Origin: an uncultured Planctomycetota bacterium
Lineage (GTDB): Bacteria; Planctomycetota; Planctomycetia; Gemmatales; Gemmataceae
Length of the DNA stretch: 64,000 nt
Direction: 5' to 3'
Assembly (NCBI GenBank): GCA_963849325.1
Contig: CAWKHF010000006.1
Span: forward strand, 96,001-160,000
Part shown: positions 11,300 through 21,832 of the stretch, piece by piece
Position numbering within the stretch: the stretch's first letter is position 1
Layout: the number at the start of each line of letters is the position of its first letter
Position numbers and translations under genes: made by a program
The notes under the pieces: generated by a model
Databases searched by the model: none
Seen by the model: only the letters and a program-made list of their open reading frames with translations
Told to the model about the DNA's origin: nothing

Positions 11300-11400
11300 G
11301 GGAAGATTGATAAGCTTCTCCCCTTTGGCGCAGAGGGGTTTCTCGGATAAACTCATGGAAGCGCGGCCGAGCAACAGCGCGGTTTGCCACGGAGCCTTCC

Positions 11401-11994
11401 ATGCAGCAAGACGTTTCGTTCCCCACGCTCATGCGGCGAGTGCGCCGGCGACGCCGACGCGGCGACGGCCCTGGTGCGCGAGTACGAGCCGGAGATTCGC
11501 CGTGCCGTCCGCATGTATTTGACCGACCCGAGCATGCATCGCGTCCTGGACTCCATGGACATTTGCCAGTCCGTCCTGGCCAATTTCTTTGTCCGCGCGG
11601 CCGCCGGACAATTCGAGCTGGAGCAGCCCGAACAGCTGCTCAAGCTGCTGGTGACGATGGTGCGCAACAAGTTCCGCGATTACGCGCGCCGCCAGCACGC
11701 CGAGCGGCGCGACAATCGCCGTCAGCAGGCCGGCAGTCCCGAAGCGCTGCAAGCCCTGCCCGGCCGAGAAGAGACGCCCAGTCAGATCGTGGCCGGTGAG
11801 GAGATGCTGCGCGAGCGCGCCGCCGACTGAGCGCGGACGAACTGTTTCTCGCCGACCAGCGCGCCCGGGGACGCGATTGGGCCGAGATCGCCGCCGAGGT
11901 CGGCGACAGTCCCGAGGCGCTGCGCAAGCGGCTCAAACGGGCCATCGACCGCGTGCTCGAAGAGATGGGCCTGGACGAGGTACACGGTGAGTAA
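11401..11994 (+). CDS. ECF sigma-70 factor (indels near 11443 and 11820)
   Basis: MQQDVSFPTLMRRVR..GDADAATALVREYEPEIRRAVR, LDSMDICQSV, TPSQIV, WAEIAAEVG..ALRKRLKRA; TAA 11992-11994. Confidence 0.85.
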
Positions 11995-14900
11995 CCCTCC
12001 TCCCCCTGCCACCCTGTCCGACAGCGACGGTCCTCCCGCCCAGCGATTCTGGCGGCTGTGGCGCCCGGCGACCAGCCGAACGTACATGCATTTCTCGCTC
12101 AGGCGGACGCCATGATGCCGCTGGAGCTGCTGGCCGTACTGCGGATCGACCAGAGGGAGCGCTGGCAGAGTGGAAACCGCGTCCCGGTGGAGGAATATCT
12201 GCAACGACAGCCCGCGCTCCAGGCCGACGGAGAACTGCTCCTCGACCTGATCCAGAGCGAAGTCCTCCTCCGCGAAGAAGGGGGAGAATCGCCCCAGCTG
12301 GAGGAGTATCAGCAACGCTTCCCCGACCTCGGCCCACAGCTGAAACGCCTGTTCGACCTGCACCACCTCCTTCTCGCCCCTCTTTCCTCTCCGTCCGTTG
12401 ACCCCTCCGCGCGGGAGGAATCCACGTCGCAGGTCGTCGTGGAAACCTGGAAGACCGGGCTGGCACACCCTGAGATGCCGGGATCGAGCGAACCCCTGGC
12501 CGGTACATTTCCCCGGGCCGGCATGCCGTGCGTGCCCGGTTATGAGCTGCTGGATGAGCTGGGTCGGGGAGGCATGGGCGTCGTCTACCGCGCTCGGCAG
12601 ACGAGCCTGCGGCGCATCGTCGCCCTCAAGATGGTCCTCGCCGGCACTCATGCCGGCCGCGACGAACTGACGCGCTTCCGGACCGAGGCGGAGTCCGTGG
12701 CCCGACTGCAACATCCCAACATCGTGCAGATCCACGAGGTGGGCGAGTATCGCGGCCATGCGTACTTCTCGCTGGAGTTTATCGACGGCGGCACGCTCGC
12801 TCGCCGTCTGGCGGACGCTCCCCTGTCGGCACGACAGGCCGCCGAGTTGCTCGAAACCCTGGCGCGAACGATCCACTACGCCCATCTCCGCGGCATCGTC
12901 CATCGAGACCTCAAGCCGTCCAACGTTCTGCTGATGCTCGACGGCACGCCCAAGATCGCCGACTTCGGACTGGCCAAGCGCGTGGACGACGACTCCGGGC
13001 AGACCCTCTCCGGATCGATCCTGGGAACGCCCTGTTACATGGCCCCCGAACAGGCCCGAGGACGGATCCATGAAATTGGACCGGCCACCGATGTCTACGC
13101 TCTGGGAGCCATCCTCTACGAGATGCTGACCGGCCGGCCGCCGTTCCGGGGCGAGACCGCCCTGGAAACGCTGGAGCAGGTGCGTTCGCAGGATCCGGTG
13201 CCTCCTCGCCGGCTGCGCTCCCGATTGCCGCTCGACCTGGAGACCATTTGCCTGAACTGTCTGCACAAGGAGCCGGGACGGCGCTATGCCGACGCGATGG
13301 CCTTGGCCGAGGACTTGCACCGTTTTCTCGCTGGCGAGCCGATCCACGCCCGACCCACGCCGGCCTGGGAGCGGGGATGGAAGTGGGTACGGCGCCGGCC
13401 AGCCCTGGCGGCGCTGGTCGCCGTCAGCATCCTGGCGGCCCTGGTGATCGGCCTGGGTGGTGGCCTTTACAACATCCGTCTGCAAGCCGCCCTGGACGAC
13501 ACGGAGGAGCAGCGCGATCGAGCGACGCGGGCCCATGCCGATGCGGAGGAACGGCTGGAGCAGGTGCGTCGCAGCATGTACGCGCTGCAGCTGGAGCGCG
13601 TGGCGGCCGCGGCGGACCACGATCCCGCACACGGCTTGCAGATGCTCCGCGATGCCCAGCGCTGTCCGTCGGAGCTGCGCGATTTCAGCTGGGGCTTTCT
13701 CCATCGGCACTGTCAACGCCAACGCCTCGTTCTCCAGGGCCACACGGACGGCGTCCGCGCCGTCGCTCTCTCTCCGGATGGCCGAATGCTGGCCTCCGCC
13801 GGCACGGAGGGCATGGTGAAGCTCTGGGATTTGATCGCGGGAGAGGAATGCGGGACGCTTCGCGGTCACACCGCGGCGATCAACGCCGTGGCCTTCACCT
13901 CCGACGGTCGCCTGCTGGCCTCGGCCGGCGAAGATGGGACCGTCCGCCTCTGGGATCCTCTCAGCCGAGCGGAGCGCCGGACCTGGCAAGCCCATCGCGA
14001 TCCGGTCAATGCGCTGGCCTTCACGGCCGACGGTCAAACGCTGGCCTCCGCCAGCACGGATCGGACGGTGAAGCTCTGGACGGTGGCCGACGGTCGAGAG
14101 CAGCGCGTCATCCAGGGCCACACCGCCTCCGTCTTCGGGGTGGCCTTTGCCCCCAACGGCCGGACCCTGGCCACCGCCAGCAAGGATGGGACGGCCCGAC
14201 TGTGGGACCGGACCACGGGACAAGAACAGCGTTGCCTGCGCAGCCACCATGCCTGGGTCACGGCGGTGGCCTTCGCCCCCGATGGCGCGACGCTGGCGAC
14301 GGGCGGCTTCGATCGGGCCATCAAGTTGTGGGACGCGGCGGAAGGCAAGGAGCGTCTCACTCTGCTGGAGCATCGGGGGCCGATCAGTTCGCTCGCCTTC
14401 AGTCCCGACGGCCGAACGCTGGTCTCGGGGAGCTACGATCGTACGCTGCGCGTCTGGGACGTGGCCAGCGGTCGAGACCAGCTGGTGCTCAAGGGGCACC
14501 AGGGCGCCGTCCCGTCCGTCGCCTTTGCGCAATGGGCACCAGGTCGCGTCCGGCAGCCTCGACCGAACGGTGAAGCTGTGGGAGATCAGCCCAAGGCAGG
14601 ACAGCGCCGTGCTCCGCGGCCATGCTCGCCCCGTCACCGCGGTGGCCTTTGCTCCCGATGGCCGGCTCCTGGCCTCCGGGGGATACGATCGGGTGGTGCG
14701 ACTCTGGGACGTGGACCGGGCACGAGAGCAGGCCGCGTTGCCCGAGCACGCCGCCTGGGTAAGCTGCCTGGCCTTCGCTCCCGACGGCCGGGAGATTGCC
14801 TCCGGAGATGGCAGCGGCAGCGTGAAACTGTGGGATCTGGCCGGCCAGCGCGAGCGTCTGGTTCTGCGCGCCGATCCATTATTGGTTACGTCCCTGGCCT

Positions 14901-15481
14901 TCTCGGCCGATGGTCGATGGCTGGCCACCGTGGGCAACACGGATCGGGCGATCAAGCTGTGGGACGCGAACACGGGGCAGGAACAGGGCCGGCTCGCCGT
15001 CGGGGCGGACGTTCTTTCGGTCGCGTTCGCTCCGCGCACCGGCTCGATCGCCGCCGCCGGCGGCAGCGGCAAGATATGGATCTGGGACCTCGCCACCCAT
15101 CAAGAGCGTGCCGCCTTCCAGGCCCACCAGGGCGAGGTCCGTTCACTGGCCTTCGCGCCCGATGGCCGGACCCTGGCCAGCGCGGGGATAGACGGAACGG
15201 CCCACCTCTGGAACGTCGAGACGGGCCGGGAGATCGCTGTCCTGAGCGGACACGCCGGCGCCGTCCATGCCGTCGCCTTCACGCCGGACGGCAAGACGGC
15301 GGCCACGGCCAGCGCGGATCGAACCGTGAAGTTATGGGATGCGGTCACCGGCCAGGAACGGGCCACGCTCTCGGGACACCGCGGCGAAGTGAGTACGCTG
15401 GCCTTCGCGCCCGACGGGCAGATCCTGGCCAGCGGTAGCGGAGACGAGACCGTCCGGCTGTGGAAGGCAACCGGAGAGTAG
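11987..15481 (+). CDS. Membrane-anchored Ser/Thr kinase with WD40 repeats (indels near 12065 and 14530)
   Basis: GTG start overlaps the sigma gene end; LGRGGMGVV, HRDLKPSN, DFGLA, GTPCYMAPE; one TM segment; about 14 GH..WD repeats. Confidence 0.92.
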
Positions 15482-15714
15482 GCGCTGAACGGGGGCCGAC
15501 GCGCTCGCGGCTCGAACCATTCCTTGACCTTCCCCACATCTTCCCCAATGCGTCCCCACAGCGCCCCTTGATCGGCCGCGAGGGAAGCCCATACTGGCAC
15601 AGGTCCGATGAAGGTCAACGGCGTTCGCTTCTCGGCCGTCGCGATCGGCGGCCAACGCATCCGCGCGGGAAGGTAGGACGACCTCGATCCGGTTCCCTTA
15701 CGGGAGGCCCGACC

Positions 15715-16665
15715 ATGAGTGAGAACGAAAGTCAGCTTCGTGAAGCCCTGGCCAAGATCGCCCAGGTGGCGAGCGTCGCCGTCAATGGCGGCGAAGGCGA
15801 CAGCAACGAGAACAACGGCGGCGTGGCGGCGGAAAGCAAACTCGTTTGCACGCCCAAGACCCTCCCCAAGCGACTCCTGGTGGAGGCGGCGGAGACCGCC
15901 AAGCGGATCAACCCGGTCAACGCGCCGGCGTTCGGCCCCCTGGCCAAGGTAGCCGCGGACTTTCAGGTGATGGACCCCTTGCGCATCGCGGTGATCACGT
16001 CGAAATACTGGGGCCCCTCGCCGCGACGCCTGACGGTCAGCTTCATGGAGAGTACGGCGGCCAATCTGCGCGCCCGCATCCTCAGCCACATGAACGCCTG
16101 GACCCGAACGGCGTGTATCTCGTTCGTCGAGACGTTGGGTACGGGCAACGTCCGCATCTCCCTCGAACCGGGTGGATACTGGTCGTACATCGGCACGGAC
16201 ATTCTGCACATCCCCAGAAACCGCCAGACCATGAATCTGGAAGGGTTCACGATGAACACGCCGGAGTCGGAATACCGCCGCGTCATCCGGCACGAGACCG
16301 GACACACCCTCGGCTTCCCCCACGAACACATGCACAGCGCCCTGGTCGCGCGGATCGACCCCCAGAAGGCCTACGACTACTTCCTGCGGACGCAGGGCTG
16401 GAACAAGCCGATGGTGGACGCCCAGGTGCTCACTCCACTGGACGAAAGCTCGCTCATGGCCACGCCCGTCGATCAGGACTCGATCATGTGTTACCAGCTG
16501 CCCGGCTCGATTACCCGCGATGGGCAGCCGATCCGCGGCGGCGTGGACATCAATCCGACGGATTATGCCTTCGCCGGCAAAATCTACCCCAAGCCGGGCC
16601 ACGCTCCGACGCACGAGGAGGAAGAGGAATGGTCGCCCTCCGAAGACGTCGAAGTGCCGGTTTGA
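15715..16665 (+). CDS. Astacin/M12-like metzincin metalloprotease, no obvious signal peptide
   Basis: GGYWSYIG, HETGHTLGFPHEH (HExxHxxGxxH), Met-turn DSIMCY; GGAGG RBS. Confidence 0.88.
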   Translation: MSENESQLREALAKIAQVASVAVNGGEGDSNENNGGVAAESKLVCTPKTLPKRLLVEAAETAKRINPVNAPAFGPLAKVAADFQVMDPLRIAVITSKYWGPSPRRLTVSFMESTAANLRARILSHMNAWTRTACISFVETLGTGNVRISLEPGGYWSYIGTDILHIPRNRQTMNLEGFTMNTPESEYRRVIRHETGHTLGFPHEHMHSALVARIDPQKAYDYFLRTQGWNKPMVDAQVLTPLDESSLMATPVDQDSIMCYQLPGSITRDGQPIRGGVDINPTDYAFAGKIYPKPGHAPTHEEEEEWSPSEDVEVPV

Positions 16666-16722
16666 CCTTCGCCGGACGCTCGGGACCGTGCGGCACCGTC
16701 CGAATGGAGGGACGCAAACAGC

Positions 16723-17031
16723 ATGGGACGAATCATTGAGATCCAAAATGTGCGAGCGGCCCCTTCGAGTCTGACGCTGCGCGTGGGCGACGTGCTTCTG
16801 TTCAAGGCGACGGGCGGTCACGTTCGGTCTGGGGAAGACGTAATCGAGATGTTAGGCGCCTATCTCCCGGCTGTCCTGGGGAACAATGGCGAAATCTTGA
16901 CGCCGATGGGAGCCCCGAACACGGTCCTGTTTCGTGCCCTTCGACCCGGACGAGCGAGCGTGGACGTCGTCACCGGCGATCCGTGGCACGCGCCGCAGAC
17001 AACAACCCTGGGTATCACCATCGAGGGATAA
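16723..17031 (+). CDS. Small beta-rich protein, possibly chagasin/I42-like
   Basis: GGAGG RBS; LTLRVGDVL ... GAPNTVLFRALRPGRASVDVVTGDPW pattern. Confidence 0.6.
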   Translation: MGRIIEIQNVRAAPSSLTLRVGDVLLFKATGGHVRSGEDVIEMLGAYLPAVLGNNGEILTPMGAPNTVLFRALRPGRASVDVVTGDPWHAPQTTTLGITIEG

Positions 17032-17109
17032 GTTGGGACGGCGGGCCGGGGCACCCTCCGCGTGCTCCGGCCGATTGTCCCGGTCCATGCAAGGTTGAGG
17101 AGGTGTCCA

Positions 17110-17979
17110 TTGTCCCCTCTCGTTCGGAAGTGCTGGTTCGTCGTGTTGGCCTTGTCCGTCGTGCTGTCGCCGGCCCGCGCCTGGGCCTGGGGGCAGGAAG
17201 GCCACTGTATCGTCGCTCGCATCGCCGAGGCCCATCTCAGCGGCAAAGCCCGCGACGGCATCCGCGATTTGATCGGCAGCCGTTCGATCTCCGACCCTCG
17301 CATCGCCGTATGGGCCGATGAGATCAAACGCAGCGCCTACTTCCAGCGACGCTACCCCAACAACCAGAAATGGCATTTCATCGATCTCGACGTGGGCACG
17401 GACCTCGAATCCCTCGACCTCGACAAAGCCTGTACACACGACGATTGCGTGTGGAAGAGGGTTCCCTATTTCGTGGCAGTGATCAAGGATGCCAAGGCAC
17501 AGCTCCAGGACCGGCGCGAAGCGCTGTTCTTCGTCGTCCATCTGATCGGCGATGCTCACCAACCCTTGCACTGCGCCGAGCGAAACGAGGACCACGGCGG
17601 CAACATGGTTCGCGTCAAGCTGCCGCACGACGAGGGCGGACACGCTCCCGTCTCCAACCTGCACCGCGTTTGGGACACCGACCTCGTTCAGGAGGCGATG
17701 GCCGGACTGTCCCGGGACGATTTCGCCGACCGCCTGGATGGACAGATCACCCCGCAGCAGCGCAAGCAATGGGCGAGCGGCGACTTGAAGAGTTGGATCC
17801 GGGACGCCCACAAGCTGGCACGAGAGAAAGCTTACGCCGGCATCCCCACGTCCGGCGGGCATCATGCGGTGTTCGCGCTGCCGCAAAAATACCTCGACGA
17901 CAACACGGAGGTGGTCAAGGAACAACTTCAGCGCGCCGGCGTCCGCCTGGCGGCCGTCCTCAACGACGCCTTCGATTGA
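17110..17979 (+). CDS. Secreted S1/P1 nuclease
   Basis: Signal peptide then WGQEGH, WADEIK, WHFID, HLIGDAHQPLH, NLHRVWD; TTG start after GAGGAGG. Confidence 0.93.
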   Translation: MSPLVRKCWFVVLALSVVLSPARAWAWGQEGHCIVARIAEAHLSGKARDGIRDLIGSRSISDPRIAVWADEIKRSAYFQRRYPNNQKWHFIDLDVGTDLESLDLDKACTHDDCVWKRVPYFVAVIKDAKAQLQDRREALFFVVHLIGDAHQPLHCAERNEDHGGNMVRVKLPHDEGGHAPVSNLHRVWDTDLVQEAMAGLSRDDFADRLDGQITPQQRKQWASGDLKSWIRDAHKLAREKAYAGIPTSGGHHAVFALPQKYLDDNTEVVKEQLQRAGVRLAAVLNDAFD

Positions 17980-18015
17980 ATCGCCGCGTCGCGGCCAACC
18001 CCGGAGCCTACAACC

Positions 18016-20067
18016 ATGACCCGCCTCACCCCTGCTTCTGTCGATCCGCGCCGCGAGGAGTCACCCGCGCCGCCCCCTCATCGTCGCTTGCGCGCCTATA
18101 CGTTCGACCCGAGCCTGGCCACGCAATTGGATACGGCCCTGATTAACGAGACGGTGCTCCGCGTTCCCTGGGAGAAGCTCGGACCCGGGCCGGTGGGCGA
18201 ATACCTCGAAGTGGTGGACTACGATCCGGCCAGCGGCTGCTTCTACAAGCCGGTAGACCTGGAAGATCGCTACGTGCTGGCGCAGGACGGCCTGGCCCCC
18301 TCGGAGGGCAACCCGCACTTTCATCAGCAGATGGTCTACGCGGTGGCCATGACCACCATCCACAACTTCGAGCGCGCCCTGGGACGACGGGTGCTGTGGG
18401 CGCCGCACATCGACCACGATCCGGAGACCGGCGAGTTCCGCGCCTCCGAGTTGGTGCCGCGGCTGCGCATCTATCCGCACGCGCTGCGCGAGGCCAACGC
18501 CTATTACAGTCCGCAAAAGAAAGCCCTGCTGTTCGGCTACTTCCCGGCGATCCTGGCCAACCCCGGCGAGAATTTGCCGGGCGGCATGGTCTTCACCTGC
18601 CTGTCGCATGACGTGGTGGCCCACGAGACGACGCACGCCCTGTTGGACGGCCTGCATCGCTATTTCGGCGAGCCGACCAATCCCGACGTGCTGGCGTTCC
18701 ACGAGGCGTTCGCCGACATCGCGGCCCTGTTTCAGCACTTCACGCAGCCCGAGGCGCTGCGGCACCAGATCGCCCGCACGCGCGGCGACCTCGCCAGTCA
18801 GAACTTGCTGGGCGAGCTGGCGCACCAGTTCGGCCAGGCCATCGGCAATCACGGCGCCCTGCGCGACGCCATCGGCAAGCCCGACCCGACGACGGGCCAG
18901 TGGAAGCCACAGGTGCCCGACCCGGATCTGTATCCGGCGACGACCGAGCCGCACGCGCGCGGCGCCATCCTGGTGGCGGCGATGTTCGACGCCTTTCTGT
19001 CGGTCTACAAGGCCCGCATCGCCGACCTGCTGCGCATCGCCACCGGCGGCACCGGCGAATTGCCGGCGGGATCGCTGCATCCCGATCTGGTCAAGCGCAT
19101 GGCCGATGAGGCGACCGACACGGCTGCTTACGTTCTGCGCATGGCGATCCGAGCGCTGGATTACTGTCCGCCGGTGGACATCACCTTCGGCGAATACCTC
19201 CGTGCCCTGGTCACGGCCGACACGGAGCTGGCTCCCGACGACCCGCGCGGCTACCGCATCGCCGTCATCGAAGCGTTCCGCCGCCGCGGCATTTATCCGC
19301 GCGATGTCCGCACCCTGGCGGCCGACGCGCTCTTGTGGCAGAAGCCCGCCGGCGGTCTGCCCGACTTCGCCGACCTCATCCGCAAGTTGAAGTCCGGATG
19401 GATGCCGAAACGCGCCGGCGGCAACCAGCCGCCGGCGCGGGCCGACGACCTGCCGACGCTCGAATGGCAGACGGCCACGGCCTCCCGCGAGGACATCGAT
19501 CGCCTGAACCACCAGTACCAGTACGCCACCTGGGCCTGGTTCAAGGAGCAGTCCGCCGCCGCCCGCAACCCGAAAGGGCCGGGACCATCGCTCGCCGACG
19601 CCCTTGGCCTGGCCCTCGGGACGAACGCGCCGGCGACGATCTATCGCAGTAAATTCGACGGGCTGCCCGCGCTGGAGGTCCACTCCGTCCGCTCCGCCCG
19701 CCGGCCGCTCCAGGACGGCCGTACCATCATCGACCTCGTTATCGAGATGACCCAGCGTCGCCGCGGCTATCTCGATCCCCAGAAGCAGAAACAAGCCGAC
19801 AAACTTCCTCCCGATTCTCCCCAATGGCGGACAGCGGAGTTTCGACCGGACTTCAAGTTGCGGGGCGGTTGCACTCTCCTGATCGACGGCGAGACGGGCA
19901 CGGTGCGCTACTGCATCGCCAAGAGCATCGGCAGCGAGACCCGCCTGGCGCGTCAGCGGACGTTCGTCTCGGGGGCCGAAGGACCATCGCTCCGCGCCAC
20001 CTACTCGCGCCTGGCTCCCGGCGCCCCGGTCCACGAGCCATTCGCACTCCTGCACCGCTCCCACTGA
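18016..20067 (+). CDS. Thermolysin/M4-like gluzincin metallopeptidase, cytoplasmic
   Basis: NAYYS, HETTH, third-ligand motif AFHEAFAD, PHARG; no signal peptide. Confidence 0.8.
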   Translation: MTRLTPASVDPRREESPAPPPHRRLRAYTFDPSLATQLDTALINETVLRVPWEKLGPGPVGEYLEVVDYDPASGCFYKPVDLEDRYVLAQDGLAPSEGNPHFHQQMVYAVAMTTIHNFERALGRRVLWAPHIDHDPETGEFRASELVPRLRIYPHALREANAYYSPQKKALLFGYFPAILANPGENLPGGMVFTCLSHDVVAHETTHALLDGLHRYFGEPTNPDVLAFHEAFADIAALFQHFTQPEALRHQIARTRGDLASQNLLGELAHQFGQAIGNHGALRDAIGKPDPTTGQWKPQVPDPDLYPATTEPHARGAILVAAMFDAFLSVYKARIADLLRIATGGTGELPAGSLHPDLVKRMADEATDTAAYVLRMAIRALDYCPPVDITFGEYLRALVTADTELAPDDPRGYRIAVIEAFRRRGIYPRDVRTLAADALLWQKPAGGLPDFADLIRKLKSGWMPKRAGGNQPPARADDLPTLEWQTATASREDIDRLNHQYQYATWAWFKEQSAAARNPKGPGPSLADALGLALGTNAPATIYRSKFDGLPALEVHSVRSARRPLQDGRTIIDLVIEMTQRRRGYLDPQKQKQADKLPPDSPQWRTAEFRPDFKLRGGCTLLIDGETGTVRYCIAKSIGSETRLARQRTFVSGAEGPSLRATYSRLAPGAPVHEPFALLHRSH

Positions 20068-20081
20068 GAAAGGACGTCCGC

Positions 20082-21761
20082 ATGATCCGGCAAAAGCCCA
20101 GCCGCAAGCCGAGAAAGCCGGCGAAAACGAGCCGCCCCGCTGGCGCCAACGGCAAGGCGAACAAGAAACATCCAGGGACGAGCGGCGCCCCGCAAGATGG
20201 GACCACCGCCGCGCCGGCGCCCGGAGGACGGATGACGCCGCCGATCCGGGGCGTCAAGGTCCGCATGTATCGCACGGGTCTGGGAGACTGCTTTTTGCTG
20301 GCTTTCCCGCGCTCCCGGGCGGCGGATGCCTCCCGCGATGCCTTTTACCTGCTCGTGGATTGCGGCGTTTACAAGGGCACTCCCGAGCCTTACAACGCGA
20401 CGTTGATTGGCAAGATCGTCCAGAACATCCGCGACGCCACCGGCGGACGGCTGGACCTCTTGGTCATCACCCACGAGCATTGGGACCACGTATCGGCCTT
20501 CCACCCCTCGCAGTCCCAGGCGACTTTCGACAAAGAGATCGCCCTGGAAACGCTGTGGATGGCGTGGACGGAGAACCTGAACCTCAAGCTGGCCAAAGAC
20601 CTCCACAACGGCCGCAAGGCCGCTCGGGCCGCCCTGGCCGGCGCGCTGGAGCAGATGCAGGGTCTCGGCGCCGACAGCGAGACGCGCGACCTGATCCGCA
20701 AAGTCCTCGATTTCTTCGGCGATCCGGTGTTCGGGGCCAAGAGCGTCCAGACCGAAGACGCCATGACCTGGATTCGGGAGCATTACGGCAAGGGCAAGAC
20801 GAAGTTCCTCCACCCCGGCGACGGCCCGCTGACTTTCGACGGCGTGCCCGACGCCCGCGTGTACGTCCTGGGACCGCCGGAAGATCCGGTCTTGATCAAG
20901 CGCTACAATCCCAGCGCTTCCGGCTCGGAGGTCTATCCGCGGGCGATGGCCGCAGCCATCGAGGCTTCCTTCTTCGCCGCCTTCGGCGTGGTCCCGACCA
21001 ACCTCGATGATCCTCCCGATAGCGACGCCATCAAGGAGGCCCAGCAGATGAGCCTGCCGTTCGACGAGGGCCATCGCGTCGAGGTCCAGGACGCTCGCAA
21101 GGACAAGTTCTTCCGCGAGCATTACTACGACAAGGACAAGGCGGCCGCGTGGCGGACCATCGAGGGCGACTGGCTGGAAACGGCCGGTGAGTTCGCACTG
21201 CAGCTCGACAGCGCCACCAACAACACGAGCCTGGCGTTCGCCCTGGAGATTGGCCCACCCGGCGAAGGCAAGGTGCTGCTGTTCCCCGGCGACGCTCAGG
21301 TGGGCAACTGGCAGTCGTGGTTCGGCAAGGTCCAGGTCGGCAAGCAGACGGTGGGCAAGGACATGGCCTGGAAGGTGGGAGGCCAATCGATCACGGCCGT
21401 GGACCTTCTGCGGCGTACCGTGCTGTACAAGGTCGGCCACCACGGCAGCCACAACGCCACGCTCCGCGCTCAGGGGTTGGAGCTGATGGGTCGCCCCGAT
21501 GGGACCGCCGAGCTGGTGGCGCTGCTGCCCGTCGATGAGCACGTGGCCCGCGACCTGGCGCACTACGGCGAGATGCCGCTGCGCTCGCTCCTCAAGGAAC
21601 TCGCTCTCCGCACCGGAGGCCGCATCGCCCGCAACGACGAGGGAGCCAAGCCGGCAAACAAGCAGTCCACGCTCGCCCCGATCCCCGGCGCGCCGCCGAT
21701 CCGCTCGAATTTCGTGGACGCGAAAACGGACCTGTATTTCGAGTACACCGTCGATCCTTGA
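20082..21761 (+). CDS. MBL-fold metallohydrolase (ComEC/Rec2-like catalytic domain)
   Basis: GLGDCFLL, VDCG, THEHWDH (HxHxDH), NNTS, FPGDAQ, KVGHHGSHN; AAAGGA RBS right after the peptidase stop. Confidence 0.87.
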   Translation: MIRQKPSRKPRKPAKTSRPAGANGKANKKHPGTSGAPQDGTTAAPAPGGRMTPPIRGVKVRMYRTGLGDCFLLAFPRSRAADASRDAFYLLVDCGVYKGTPEPYNATLIGKIVQNIRDATGGRLDLLVITHEHWDHVSAFHPSQSQATFDKEIALETLWMAWTENLNLKLAKDLHNGRKAARAALAGALEQMQGLGADSETRDLIRKVLDFFGDPVFGAKSVQTEDAMTWIREHYGKGKTKFLHPGDGPLTFDGVPDARVYVLGPPEDPVLIKRYNPSASGSEVYPRAMAAAIEASFFAAFGVVPTNLDDPPDSDAIKEAQQMSLPFDEGHRVEVQDARKDKFFREHYYDKDKAAAWRTIEGDWLETAGEFALQLDSATNNTSLAFALEIGPPGEGKVLLFPGDAQVGNWQSWFGKVQVGKQTVGKDMAWKVGGQSITAVDLLRRTVLYKVGHHGSHNATLRAQGLELMGRPDGTAELVALLPVDEHVARDLAHYGEMPLRSLLKELALRTGGRIARNDEGAKPANKQSTLAPIPGAPPIRSNFVDAKTDLYFEYTVDP

Positions 21762-21832
21762 GGCGGTGTCCAGGCGTCCGGGCCGGAGCGTCGGCTCGCG
21801 GCATTGCTCTTTCGCTTTACGGAGTCCGCTCC

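Noticed and set aside
4396-15481. Literal apoptosome homologue (cytochrome c + caspase-like protease + WD40)
   Set aside because: No NB-ARC/STAND ATPase or death-fold domain; the resemblance is only an analogy.
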